Positions 48,826 to 58,633 of a stretch of 64,000 nt of DNA are shown here, piece by piece. The notes beneath the pieces were generated by a model, which was not told the origin of the DNA, ran no database searches, and saw nothing but the letters and a program-made list of their open reading frames with translations. A program made the position numbers and the translations under genes. The stretch lies in the NCBI GenBank assembly GCA_022616555.1, contig JAKEEG010000068.1:912-64911 (forward strand), given 5' to 3'. The stretch comes from Ignavibacteriota bacterium (GTDB lineage Bacteria > Bacteroidota > Ignavibacteria > UBA10030). Every line of letters begins with the position of its first letter. Positions within the stretch are counted from its first letter, which is position 1.

Positions 48826-51219
48826 TCAGAACCCGCGGCCAAACTGGAAATGGAATTTCCAGCCGGGCGTACCGCCGCCGGGCAGCGGGGGGTCGAAGCC
48901 GTAACCGTAATCGAAACCCACCAAACCGATCGGGTTAATCATCAAGCGAACGCCCATACCCGCCGAGCGGCGTAAATTGAACGGGTCTTGAATCGAATGA
49001 TTGAGCCAAACATTGCCTGCCTCGGCAAAGAACAATGTATAAATCGGAATCGGGTTGAGCGCAAGAGCAAAGCGGAGTTCCACCTGATGTTTGAGCATTG
49101 CAAAACCGCCCTGGTCTCCATCGCTCGGACCCACACTACGGTCTTCGTATCCGCGGAGCGGGGTCGTCTGAAATTGCCCCAGCCCTGTGCCGCCCATATA
49201 AAATAATTCGTAAGGGGAAATGCGTGTATTGTTCTCAAACTCAAAAATAAATCCGATTGTGCTGGAGGTTGCCAGGGCAATCCGGGGACTTCCAAACACC
49301 GGCACGTACCACTCCGCTGAAAAAATATGTTTATGGTAACGCGCGTTACCCGGTAGGAACGGGCCACCGTTGATTTCCGTCAACAACGAGAAGTTTGAGC
49401 CGGACGACGGAAAAATGGGGCTATCGGTGCTGTTACGGGAAATCACCTGAGCAATGCCGAATTGCGAGGTTACGCCCTCCCGGTAGTAGCCAAGGCCTTC
49501 AATCACATTGCTGCGCTGAGCCCGGACCGTCCAATCGACGCGGAAGAAATCATCAGGCCAGCGAAGGCGGCGCCCGATACGGATCGACGCGCCGGTTGTG
49601 TGAACGTCGACACCGTAGCGTTGCCGCGTATCAAACAAGTTCACGCCGAAGAGCGTGGGCGTATCGTAGAGCCACGGTTCCTGAAAGCCGATCGAAAACG
49701 TGCGGAAGCTGCTGCCCTCGCCAAATTGCCAATCGAACGTCAACACTTGCCCGGCACCGCCGCGCAACGGCTCTTTGAGCGAAAAATTATTGAACGACAA
49801 CCCCAGCGCGCCGTTGAAGCCGAAGAAGCCGCTGTAACCCACCGACATATTGAACGTATCGCTGGGTTTCTCTTCGACCGCATACTCGAGGTCTACCGTC
49901 TTATCATCAACAGGTTTTACATCCGGCCTGATTTTCTCCGGGTTGAAGTAATTCAACTGCGATAACTGCCGGGCGCTGCGGATGACAAGCTCACGGCTAA
50001 AATCGTCTCCCGGACGGGTATAGAGCTCCCGGCGGATCACCTTTTCGTACGTCTTCGTATTGCCGGTAATACGCACCTGACCGATTTTGAATTTATTCCG
50101 TTCACGCACATGGAACGTCAAATCGATGCTATCTGCCGCTATGCGCTGCTCTTCCGGCTCAACTTGAAAGAAGAGGTACCCGTTATTCATATAGAGAGAG
50201 GAAACATCGTTCTCCGCTTCGTTGCGGTAGAGGTTTTCCTCCAATTTGCCTGTATCATAAATGTCGCCGGATTGGAACCCAAGCCTTGCAGAGAGCACAT
50301 CGTCCGGATAGACCGTATTGCCATCCCAAGCGATATTCCGGACCTTATACTGCGGGCCTTCGTGCACGAAAATATCGATTGCGAGGTATTTCTTATCGTC
50401 GCTATAGGAGATAGAATCCTTCAATATTTCCGCATCGCGATAGCCGTTTTTGCGATAAAACTTCAAAATAAGCTGCTTGTCCTCTTCATATTTCTTTTTT
50501 TCGAATTTATTGCTCGCCCAGAACTTCCACCATGCCCGTTCGCTCGTTTCGCTCATTTCGCCTTTCAGGTCGTCGTCGTCAAACTGCGTATTGCCGTAGA
50601 AGAGAATCCGGTCAACAACGATTTTTTGCCCTTCGTCGATGATGAATTTCAGCACCACACGACTGCTTGTTGTGTCTTCCGACGCAAGCAGAGTATCTCG
50701 AATAACCGCGTTTAGATATCCCTCTTCATCGTATTTCGCTTTCAGCTGGCGGATAAAAGAAGATACTTCATGCTCAGAGACAATCTGCCCCTTGACCATG
50801 CTTACAGTTTTCAGGATATCGTCTTCGCTCAGCTCATCGTTTCCTTTGACTTCTACTCTCTCCAACCGGGGGTTTTCCCTCACGCGGATTTGGAGATACA
50901 CGCCTTCGGGAGTACGGTTTTCAATATAAATTTGGACATCGGCAAAGAGTCTCAATCCGTACAGTCGCTCGATGGCGGTACGAGTCTGTTGTCCCGGCAC
51001 GGCAATCTCGTCGCCGACTTTCAGTCCCGTGTTCGCGATAATCGCGTTGGCGTCCGCTGAACGCTGGCCTTGTACGGAAATGCCGAGTATGCGGTACACT
51101 TCGGGTTGCCGGACGTTTTGCGCGTAGACCGAAACGGCGGGGATCGCCATTGGGGCAATACTGAGCAGCGCCACTGAAAGAGAAAATAAGAGAGAGGTAC
51201 GCTTAGAGCTTCGCGACAC
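48826..51219 (-). CDS. bamA: Outer membrane protein assembly factor BamA
   Basis: 797 aa; POTRA repeats plus an Omp85 barrel ending ...FHFQFGRGF. Confidence 0.9.
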   Translation of the reverse strand: MSRSSKRTSLLFSLSVALLSIAPMAIPAVSVYAQNVRQPEVYRILGISVQGQRSADANAIIANTGLKVGDEIAVPGQQTRTAIERLYGLRLFADVQIYIENRTPEGVYLQIRVRENPRLERVEVKGNDELSEDDILKTVSMVKGQIVSEHEVSSFIRQLKAKYDEEGYLNAVIRDTLLASEDTTSSRVVLKFIIDEGQKIVVDRILFYGNTQFDDDDLKGEMSETSERAWWKFWASNKFEKKKYEEDKQLILKFYRKNGYRDAEILKDSISYSDDKKYLAIDIFVHEGPQYKVRNIAWDGNTVYPDDVLSARLGFQSGDIYDTGKLEENLYRNEAENDVSSLYMNNGYLFFQVEPEEQRIAADSIDLTFHVRERNKFKIGQVRITGNTKTYEKVIRRELYTRPGDDFSRELVIRSARQLSQLNYFNPEKIRPDVKPVDDKTVDLEYAVEEKPSDTFNMSVGYSGFFGFNGALGLSFNNFSLKEPLRGGAGQVLTFDWQFGEGSSFRTFSIGFQEPWLYDTPTLFGVNLFDTRQRYGVDVHTTGASIRIGRRLRWPDDFFRVDWTVRAQRSNVIEGLGYYREGVTSQFGIAQVISRNSTDSPIFPSSGSNFSLLTEINGGPFLPGNARYHKHIFSAEWYVPVFGSPRIALATSSTIGFIFEFENNTRISPYELFYMGGTGLGQFQTTPLRGYEDRSVGPSDGDQGGFAMLKHQVELRFALALNPIPIYTLFFAEAGNVWLNHSIQDPFNLRRSAGMGVRLMINPIGLVGFDYGYGFDPPLPGGGTPGWKFHFQFGRGF

Positions 51220-52051
51220 TTTTGAAAAACCTTTCCACTCCGCTCAAGGGTCCGGAGGAGACCGGAACGCCCTGCGTGTCTTGGATCTGTTCGCTGGTCA
51301 TGCCGAACCGGCGTTCACGCTGCTGGAACTCGGCGATGGATTCATACAACTGCTTGCGGCGAAAATCGGGCCAGTGTACATGCGAGATGGCAATCTCACT
51401 ATAGGCAAGCTGCCATAGGAGGAAATTGCTGATACGGTTCTCTCCGCTGGTGCGAATCATGAGATCCGGGTCGGAGAAATCTTTTGTCGATAGATATTGT
51501 GAAATCACTTCTTCGTTGATCTGGTCTTTTGTTAGTGTACCGTTGCGGACGTCTTCGGCAATGCGCTTCATCGCGCGCGTCAAGTCCCACCGCCCGCTGT
51601 AACTGAGCGCCAGGATGAGCGTCAACCCTGTGTTATGTTTCATCAGCTCGCTCGCGTCAAGCAGTTCATCCTGTATATCGTTCGGCAGCGAAGAAATATC
51701 GCCGATGGCTTTCAGCTGCACTTCGTTCTCGTGCAGGCGGTCGCGCTCATCGCGCAGCGCTTTCAACAGCAAGCGCATGAGCATGGAGACTTCATCGACG
51801 GGCCGGCGCCAGTTTTCTGTCGAAAACGCGTACAGGGTAAGATACTTCACTCCGAGCTGTCCGCACGCCTCTACAATATCGCGAACAGAATTCACGCCCT
51901 CATGGTGCCCGGCGATGCGGGGCAAGCCTCTGCGCTTCGCCCAGCGGCCGTTCCCATCCATAATAATGGCGATGTGCTTGGGAATTTCGCCGCTTGCACG
52001 CAGCATGTCTTGCTGTTTCTTATCTGCGCCGGTTGCTTGTTCTAATGCCAC
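51203..52051 (-). CDS. uppS: Isoprenyl transferase (undecaprenyl diphosphate synthase)
   Basis: 282 aa; HIAIIMDGNGRWAK and LTLYAFSTENWRRP motifs. Confidence 0.9.
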   Translation of the reverse strand: MALEQATGADKKQQDMLRASGEIPKHIAIIMDGNGRWAKRRGLPRIAGHHEGVNSVRDIVEACGQLGVKYLTLYAFSTENWRRPVDEVSMLMRLLLKALRDERDRLHENEVQLKAIGDISSLPNDIQDELLDASELMKHNTGLTLILALSYSGRWDLTRAMKRIAEDVRNGTLTKDQINEEVISQYLSTKDFSDPDLMIRTSGENRISNFLLWQLAYSEIAISHVHWPDFRRKQLYESIAEFQQRERRFGMTSEQIQDTQGVPVSSGPLSGVERFFKSVAKL

Positions 52052-52337
52052 TCGTGTACACCTAACAAAATGTCAGAAATTATTTCGCGGGTAGATGTTA
52101 ATTTAACCTTTTTTGAAAAGAAAGTCAAAGAAATGGCGTAACGTTCAACATGTCATTTATACTGTAATTTCGCCACTCTGCTCTTGTCGGGGATTACCTA
52201 CGGGTGAGGTATGTCTCGGCCGAACCGCACTTGCCGAGCGCGCCAAGCAAAGTCCACCCGAACTTCCTTAAACCGGTTTGTTGTGACACGCGTCTCATGG
52301 GGTGTTAGACGTTTGAGCGCCCCAAAAGGCACTTTGC

Positions 52338-52366
52338 TTGACTACGCTTTCGAATTGTGGTATATT
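52338..52366 (+). promoter_or_regulatory. Sigma-70-like promoter (TTGACT-N17-TATATT) upstream of clpC
   Basis: Near-consensus -35 and -10 hexamers with a 17 nt spacer, about 155 nt upstream of the clpC ATG. Confidence 0.5.
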
Positions 52367-52521
52367 GTCTATGGAAGCGTTAGGAAGTATTGGGAAGCAT
52401 GGGAAACTTTAGGGAGGGTGAACGAGTTTTAATAGGTAAGCAGCGCCTTCACCCAACGCGGCGCCTCTTTGAGAATACCCAACGAGCGCCGTATATGTCC
52501 CACAATTAGAGAGCTTATTTA

Positions 52522-55035
52522 ATGGAAGGTAACTTTTCAAACCGCGTGCAGGATGTCATTCGCCTCAGCCGCGAAGAAGCCCTGCGTCTTGGCCACGACT
52601 ATATCGGCACCGAGCACCTGTTGTTGGGGATCATTCGTGAAGGAGAAGGCATTGCGGTGAAGATTCTCCGCAACCTCGGCGTCGATTTGTATCGTTTGAA
52701 GAAAGCTATCGAAGACACAGTGCGCACATCCGGCGGCACACTGACTATCGGCAACATCCCTCTCACCAAGCAGGCTGAGAAGGTCCTTAAAATTACGTAC
52801 CTCGAAGCGAAACTCTATAAATCCGACGTGATCGGAACCGAGCATTTGCTCCTCTCACTGCTTCGAGACGACGACAATATCGCCGCACAGATTTTACACC
52901 AGTTCAACGTGCATTACGACGTCGTTCGCAACGAGCTGGATAACATCATTTCTGGTAAGCCATCGACGCCTCCGGCGGCTGGCGGACATCCCGCTGAGAA
53001 GAAGCAGGAACGCTCCAAGACACCGGTGCTGGATAACTTCGGCAGGGATTTAACAAAGCTTGCTATAGAAGATAAGTTGGATCCCATCGTTGGGCGCGAG
53101 AAAGAAATCGAACGCGTAGCTCAAGTGTTAAGCCGCCGCAAGAAGAACAATCCGGTACTCATCGGCGAGCCGGGCGTTGGCAAGTCTGCAATCGCCGAAG
53201 GCCTGGCGCTCCGCATCGTGATGAAGAAAGTCTCCCGTGTCCTACATGACAAGCGCGTGGTCACACTCGACCTTGCCGCGCTCGTCGCCGGCACGAAATA
53301 CCGCGGGCAGTTCGAAGAGCGCATGAAGGCTGTGATGAACGAGCTGGAGAAAGCCAAAGACGTCATCCTCTTTATAGATGAACTGCATACGATTGTCGGC
53401 GCGGGCGGCGCAAGCGGTTCGTTGGATGCTTCCAACATGTTCAAGCCTGCGTTGGCTCGGGGCGACCTACAGTGCATCGGCGCAACGACGCTTGACGAGT
53501 ACCGACAATATATAGAGAAGGACGGCGCGCTCGACCGACGGTTCCAGAAAATTATGGTCGACCCGACAACTGTCGATCAAACCATACAGATTCTGCAGAA
53601 CATCAAGCATAAGTACGAAGAGCATCACGGCGTCCGCTATACAGAAAAAGCCATCGATTCCGCAGTGCGGCTAAGCGACCGGTACATCACCGACCGCTAC
53701 CTGCCGGATAAGGCAATCGACGTGCTGGACGAATCCGGCTCGCGCGTGCATCTCGCCAATATAAAAGTGCCGAAGGAAATCCTTACGCTCGAAGAGGAAA
53801 TCGAAAAGATTAAGCTGGCGAAGAATCAGGTCGTCAAAAATCAAAACTTCGAAGAAGCCGCGCGGTTGCGCGACCTCGAGAAGAAACTGTTGAGCGACCT
53901 CGAAATCGCCAAGCGGGAGTGGGAATTAAAAGCTCAGGATATCGTGTATGAAGTGGATGAAGAAGAGTGCGCCGCCGTTGTGGCAATGATGACGGGCATT
54001 CCGGTGCAGAAAGTGGCAGAGAGCGAATCCGCCAAATTGCTCAAGATGGAAGAGGCGCTGAAAGAAGTCATCATCGGGCAGGATGAGCCTATCGAGAAAC
54101 TGACGAAGGCAATCCGCCGTGCCCGCGCCGGGTTGAAAGACCCGAAACGCCCCATCGGCTCGTTTATTTTCTTGGGCCCCACGGGCGTCGGAAAGACGGA
54201 AATGGCAAAGTCGCTCGCCCGGTATTTATTCGACTCCGAGGAAGCATTGATTAGGATAGATATGAGCGAGTATATGGAGAAATTCTCCGTCTCGCGGCTG
54301 GTCGGAGCGCCTCCGGGATACGTCGGCTACGAAGAAGGCGGGCAACTGACGGAGAAAGTCCGCCGCAAGCCATATTCTGTCGTGCTGCTGGATGAAATCG
54401 AAAAGGCGCACCCGGATGTGTTCAACATCCTGTTGCAAGTGCTGGATGACGGCATCCTCACGGATAGCCTCGGCCGCAGGGTGGATTTCAAGAACACGAT
54501 TCTCATCATGACGTCCAACATCGGCTCGCGGGATATTAAAGTGGGCGGCGGGTTGGGCTTCGGACTGCAGACCGATAAAGACAAATACCAGTCGATGAAA
54601 TCCAATATTGAAGACGCCCTGAAGCGCATCTTCAACCCGGAATTCCTCAACCGCGTCGATGACACGCTCGTGTTCCATAGCCTGGAGCGTGAGCATATCC
54701 TGCGGATTATCGATATCTCGCTGAAAGAACTCCTCGGCCGCATGACGTCGATGGGTATCGGCGTTGAGCTCACCAAGCCAGCGAAAGAATTCCTTGCCGA
54801 CAAAGGCTTCGACCCGGCATTCGGGGCGCGTCCCCTACGCCGTGCGGTGCAGAAATACGTCGAAGACCCGCTCGCGGAGCAGATTCTCAAAGGCACGTTC
54901 CAAACCGGAGCTAAGGTGAAGGTCAAGTATAGCAAGAAGGCGGAAGACCTGAAGTTCGTCGATTCGACCAAAGACACCGGCGGCGATGAGTTCAAGGAGA
55001 TCGACGAGGAGATTGCGGATCTGCCGAAGAACTGA
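52522..55035 (+). CDS. clpC: ATP-dependent Clp protease ATP-binding subunit ClpC (class III AAA+ chaperone)
   Basis: 837 aa; duplicated Clp_N repeats, two AAA+ modules ([13 protein letters not shown] and [13 protein letters not shown]), UVR-like linker. Confidence 0.9.
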   Translation: MEGNFSNRVQDVIRLSREEALRLGHDYIGTEHLLLGIIREGEGIAVKILRNLGVDLYRLKKAIEDTVRTSGGTLTIGNIPLTKQAEKVLKITYLEAKLYKSDVIGTEHLLLSLLRDDDNIAAQILHQFNVHYDVVRNELDNIISGKPSTPPAAGGHPAEKKQERSKTPVLDNFGRDLTKLAIEDKLDPIVGREKEIERVAQVLSRRKKNNPVLIGEPGVGKSAIAEGLALRIVMKKVSRVLHDKRVVTLDLAALVAGTKYRGQFEERMKAVMNELEKAKDVILFIDELHTIVGAGGASGSLDASNMFKPALARGDLQCIGATTLDEYRQYIEKDGALDRRFQKIMVDPTTVDQTIQILQNIKHKYEEHHGVRYTEKAIDSAVRLSDRYITDRYLPDKAIDVLDESGSRVHLANIKVPKEILTLEEEIEKIKLAKNQVVKNQNFEEAARLRDLEKKLLSDLEIAKREWELKAQDIVYEVDEEECAAVVAMMTGIPVQKVAESESAKLLKMEEALKEVIIGQDEPIEKLTKAIRRARAGLKDPKRPIGSFIFLGPTGVGKTEMAKSLARYLFDSEEALIRIDMSEYMEKFSVSRLVGAPPGYVGYEEGGQLTEKVRRKPYSVVLLDEIEKAHPDVFNILLQVLDDGILTDSLGRRVDFKNTILIMTSNIGSRDIKVGGGLGFGLQTDKDKYQSMKSNIEDALKRIFNPEFLNRVDDTLVFHSLEREHILRIIDISLKELLGRMTSMGIGVELTKPAKEFLADKGFDPAFGARPLRRAVQKYVEDPLAEQILKGTFQTGAKVKVKYSKKAEDLKFVDSTKDTGGDEFKEIDEEIADLPKN

Positions 55036-55133
55036 TGAAGCAGGAGACATCCGCCCAACAAGATGGCGGACTTCGCGTATAACGCTCAGGAAGTCAGTAG
55101 TCAGTTATCAGAGGTCAGTAAAAGCATAAAAAC

Positions 55134-55170
55134 ACAAACCCTTGGCGATAAGCCGAGGGTTTTGTGTTTG
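55134..55170 (+). terminator. Rho-independent terminator downstream of clpC
   Basis: Stem aaaccct(t)ggc/gccgagggttt followed by tgtgtttg. Confidence 0.5.
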
Positions 55171-55229
55171 AGAGATGAATCAACAACCTAAGTGGCGCGT
55201 TTATGACAGGACCATGTTGCAATGCAAAT

Positions 55230-56234
55230 CTATTGGGTCAAAAGAATAATCCCATCACGTCCAACGGATATAGTTTCCTTTACTTTTGATGCATTCAATT
55301 CAAGAAAGTTATCTGAAAAGAAGCGAATCGCTTTTTCGGGATTTCGACGTTCGGAGATGTTCTCTAGCACTTCAGAATCTATCCCGAAATATAAGTTTGG
55401 GGTTCCTATTGCTCTGATTTTGAAATTACGTCCGAATCGTTCGATTGTTCGAGCCTGAAACCACTCGGATTGGTTCACAAAGACTGAGTAGTAATCCCTT
55501 AAGTAGTCCATAAATTCGACCGTGATTTTAACACCAGAGTCTTGTTCCTCATCGGGATCAATTATTTGACCTTGGATTGGGTCAGTAGACATGTCATAGA
55601 ATGCGGCTATGCGAGTCGCCGGAGGTAGGTTATTCACGCTTACGACTTGTGATACTTGGTAAATTGCGTGTTGTAACTCAGCATCGTTTCTTCCAGATGA
55701 ATATCCTTTCGCCTCAACAATATGAGGTCGTCTTGCAACATCGAACCCTACTAAATCAGGGATACGAGCTGGTTTATTGTTTGCATAAAGTTTGACTTTG
55801 GGCGGAAGTTGTACACCTGTAGGAGAGAGAATTACGCCTGTCATGCGTTTGGTATGCACCAACCACGGTACACCAAGCAAAATTTCAACTGAAGCACGTA
55901 CAAAGCCCATTCCCAAATGATAAGAAACTGAGATCTTCTCGCTCATTTCCAATCGATTGATGAATGTATCAGATAATTTAAGGTAGCCACTATTGTCTTC
56001 AGTGACGTGTGCATAGGTCATAGATAATAGGCAGGCTAGACGCCAAAAGCCGAGATGAAAAACATCCATAATGCCAGCTTGCCCAACCATCATAACTGAT
56101 CTTGCCAGATCTTGTAAGGAAATGTCAAGGTTTCTGCCTACAGCATTTAGCGTGGTGTATGCGCCAGAGAATCTGGAAATGTCAGCTTTAATCATGGTAT
56201 TCGTAACTGAATTTTGACCGTTTACAGTTGCCAC
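55230..56234 (-). CDS. Hypothetical protein with a PD-(D/E)xK nuclease-like motif (AT-rich island gene 3)
   Basis: 334 aa; IPDLVGFD...HIVEAKGY fits the PD-x(n)-ExK restriction-endonuclease-fold signature; no other domain recognised. Confidence 0.5.
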   Translation of the reverse strand: MATVNGQNSVTNTMIKADISRFSGAYTTLNAVGRNLDISLQDLARSVMMVGQAGIMDVFHLGFWRLACLLSMTYAHVTEDNSGYLKLSDTFINRLEMSEKISVSYHLGMGFVRASVEILLGVPWLVHTKRMTGVILSPTGVQLPPKVKLYANNKPARIPDLVGFDVARRPHIVEAKGYSSGRNDAELQHAIYQVSQVVSVNNLPPATRIAAFYDMSTDPIQGQIIDPDEEQDSGVKITVEFMDYLRDYYSVFVNQSEWFQARTIERFGRNFKIRAIGTPNLYFGIDSEVLENISERRNPEKAIRFFSDNFLELNASKVKETISVGRDGIILLTQ

Positions 56235-56302
56235 GCGGAAAGTGGGAACAAAAAAACTGACGGACAGGGCCTAACGTTCAGTGTATTCCTTTGTTTCCAT
56301 TT

Positions 56303-56917
56303 CTATGTTGTGGGTTTTGTTCGTCCTCGTTCAACCTTTGCTGGTAGAACAAAAAGAAAATCAGCCAGAGCTAGTGCGAAGTTAATGCATTTTCTTGCCT
56401 CATCTTCACCAGGGAGAGGCTCCGCATCGTCGGCATGTCTTTGGTCGTTGGCATCAAGGCGCACTTCGTGAGCCCATTGTGCCATTTCGGTCGTGATGAG
56501 ATGATCAGATGCAGCCCTATCTATTCTACTATAGAGCGACCCCTCCTTAAGTCCTTTCACTTTTAGCATTGAATCAACCGCACTGGCAGCCAGCATAACA
56601 GCGCCTGCCGGAGCGTGCAGACTATCAATAGATTGTTGTAAGTACGAACGGGCAGGATTAGGAATAACTTGATCAGCTATTTGGGCGCTCGGATACATTT
56701 CTGTCACTATGCCATCCTGTCCTTGGGAACTCGCACACAAGATTTGCCCCCCACACGTAATACACCGATAGGCACTCCACCAGCGTTTATTCGCTCCAGA
56801 AACGGAAACTGATTCTTGCGAACCAAAGACTCTATCAAGTCGAGGCTTAGCTACGCTACAGTGTGGGCAACGAGGAAGGTCAAGCTGGTTGAGCATCTGC
56901 GTTAAGATTTCATTCAT
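56303..56917 (-). CDS. Zn-ribbon plus DUF4145-like (possibly HEPN-related) protein (AT-rich island gene 2)
   Basis: 204 aa; N-terminal CPHC...CITCGG zinc ribbon; C-terminal helical domain resembling DUF4145 (AAGAVMLAASAVDSMLKVKG ... AHEVRLDANDQRHAD). Confidence 0.45.
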   Translation of the reverse strand: MNEILTQMLNQLDLPRCPHCSVAKPRLDRVFGSQESVSVSGANKRWWSAYRCITCGGQILCASSQGQDGIVTEMYPSAQIADQVIPNPARSYLQQSIDSLHAPAGAVMLAASAVDSMLKVKGLKEGSLYSRIDRAASDHLITTEMAQWAHEVRLDANDQRHADDAEPLPGEDEARKCINFALALADFLFVLPAKVERGRTKPTT

Positions 56918-57053
56918 CGATAGAGTCCTCTATTATTTTGCTACATTGACAGGCAGCCGGACATGACACCTAACGTTTAACGGCGCGACGCAGTGCTTTT
57001 TAAACTCGTGAACTATTCGAGTATCTTTGCACCGCTTGTTAGCTTCAGTGCAG

Positions 57054-57614
57054 TTACGATACATTCATCTTCAATAACGAAAGAACAATTACTCCGAGAA
57101 AAATCCAAACAACAGAGATTTTCATAGCTAACGTAGCCCATCTATAAGGACGATATTTGTTTCTGACAAGCTGGAGTGTTGTGAAATGAAGCTTGAAATA
57201 ATTCTGGCGAATTGACGAATCATTAAATCCTTCGAGAGTGCTTATATAGTTCTCGGGTGCCGATGGAAAATTATGTTTAGGCCACATCACGTAATTGTTA
57301 ATCTGCATTTCTGTGAAGGGAACATTGAGACCGAAAAATTTTCTCGAGGGGCGAATAGTCTGAAGTAAAAGTAGCGCTACAACAGTAAACAGAAAAAAGG
57401 ATACCGCTAAAAAGATGTAACTCACCGTATTGATTGTTGATGATTGATGAGTTATGAATATTTCATTGACAGCGTATGTCAATGAACCAATTAAAACGCC
57501 TTGAACCGCTAGCAAAATATCCGCCTTGTTGTCAACCAAGTTTATTCGGTTCTCCAAATGAGTGACCGAATCTCTTAGAAATTCAATTACTTTGCTTTGC
57601 GTAGTGTCTTCCAT
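57054..57614 (-). CDS. Small 3-TM membrane protein (AT-rich island gene 1)
   Basis: About 187 aa from the ATG at 57614 (AAGGA ribosome-binding site 9 nt upstream); N-terminal amphipathic helix then three hydrophobic helices; the 293 aa ORF extension into GC-rich DNA is probably spurious. Confidence 0.5.
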   Translation of the reverse strand: MEDTTQSKVIEFLRDSVTHLENRINLVDNKADILLAVQGVLIGSLTYAVNEIFITHQSSTINTVSYIFLAVSFFLFTVVALLLLQTIRPSRKFFGLNVPFTEMQINNYVMWPKHNFPSAPENYISTLEGFNDSSIRQNYFKLHFTTLQLVRNKYRPYRWATLAMKISVVWIFLGVIVLSLLKMNVS

Positions 57615-58050
57615 TTGTGTATCCTTTCCGTTTACAGATTGCTTACTGCATAACGCCCAACTCGTGAATCTCCTGATTTCGTATGCCCCTTCCACAAAAC
57701 ACAAAAGCCCCTGTCGTTGAAGAATCAACTCCAGAGGCTTCTCTAAACTCTCGCTACACATTAAGGCTCCCCTTCCTCCTAAGCCCGCCATTAAGATTGG
57801 CGGGCAGGCGCCTTCCCGCAGTGCGGGATCCCAAACAACCCCAAAGGGGCAGGCGGGACTGGTGGCATAATCTTTTTCTCGCAAAGGCGTCCCGCTATAA
57901 TGCAGCGGGATGCAAAAAACGCACAGAGAGCGCAAAGGTATATTTATGTCAAAAGCTCTTCTTAGCGTGCTTTGCGTCTTGGCGAGAGACTCAGCTTTAG
58001 TACTTGTTTAATATACAAACTCGCGGGGAAAAAGCAAACCCCATTAACAA

Positions 58051-58086
58051 GTCACCCCGAACTCGTTTCGGGGTCTATCTTTTAGA
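58051..58086 (+). terminator. Hairpin B, inverted copy (caccccgaa-ctcgt-ttcggggt followed by a T-rich run)
   Basis: Reverse complement of the 41224 terminator hairpin; not preceded by any plus-strand gene, so likely a relic or part of a repeat. Confidence 0.4.
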
Positions 58087-58395
58087 TGCTGAAACAAGTT
58101 CAGCATGACGTTTATCTTATATTTTTTCCCAAATCCGCCTTGATCTCTATTGTTATCCGCTGTTTCAGTATTCTATTGCCTTTGCAAATCTCTCATAAAC
58201 GCTATTAGAGCGATTCTGTACGCCGACCCACCCCAAGATACCACCTTGAGTGGACGGGAAAAATCCGTCCATGGACGGGGAATTTCCGTCCGTATCCCAG
58301 AAACGGGTTGAGGTCACCAAAATCAGATGTCAGTGGTCAGATGTCCTCCGTAGGAGTCCCTACGGGAAGAAATCAGTAAGAAAAAACACCTCAGT

Positions 58396-58492
58396 TTGTC
58401 ATTCCCGAATGTTTTTTGTCGGGAATCCACAGATGGATGCCCGCTTAAAACCTGCCTGCCGGCAGGCAGGTCTGCGGGCATGACAAGGTACT
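58396..58492. repeat. Structured intergenic element, family A, copy 2 (with a 20 nt palindromic insertion ctgcctgccggcaggcaggt)
   Basis: tgtcattcccgaatgttttttgtcgggaatccacagatggatgcccgcttaaaacctgcctgccggcaggcaggtctgcgggcatgacaaggtact. Confidence 0.6.
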
Positions 58493-58633
58493 TCTACCCC
58501 CAACTTACATTGGGGGTTTGTGCATTTAATAGGCTATTGCTGACACCCCGACGGCCTCCTTATGCCTTTGAAAGAAATGCGATACGAAATAAGAAAACAT
58601 TTCATTATCCTACGACCACGAGGAGAAAAACTC

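Noticed and set aside
49462-50715. 167 aa and 201 aa plus-strand ORFs
   Set aside because: Antisense to bamA
52211-52432. 73 aa plus-strand ORF upstream of clpC
   Set aside because: Lies in the promoter/leader region, with no ribosome-binding site and Arg-rich composition; more likely untranslated leader
57615-57935. 107-codon N-terminal extension of the 3TM protein ORF, and the overlapping plus-strand ORF 57683-58000
   Set aside because: Cys/Pro/Gly-rich low-complexity translation of GC-rich structured non-coding DNA; a good ribosome-binding site precedes the internal ATG at 57614
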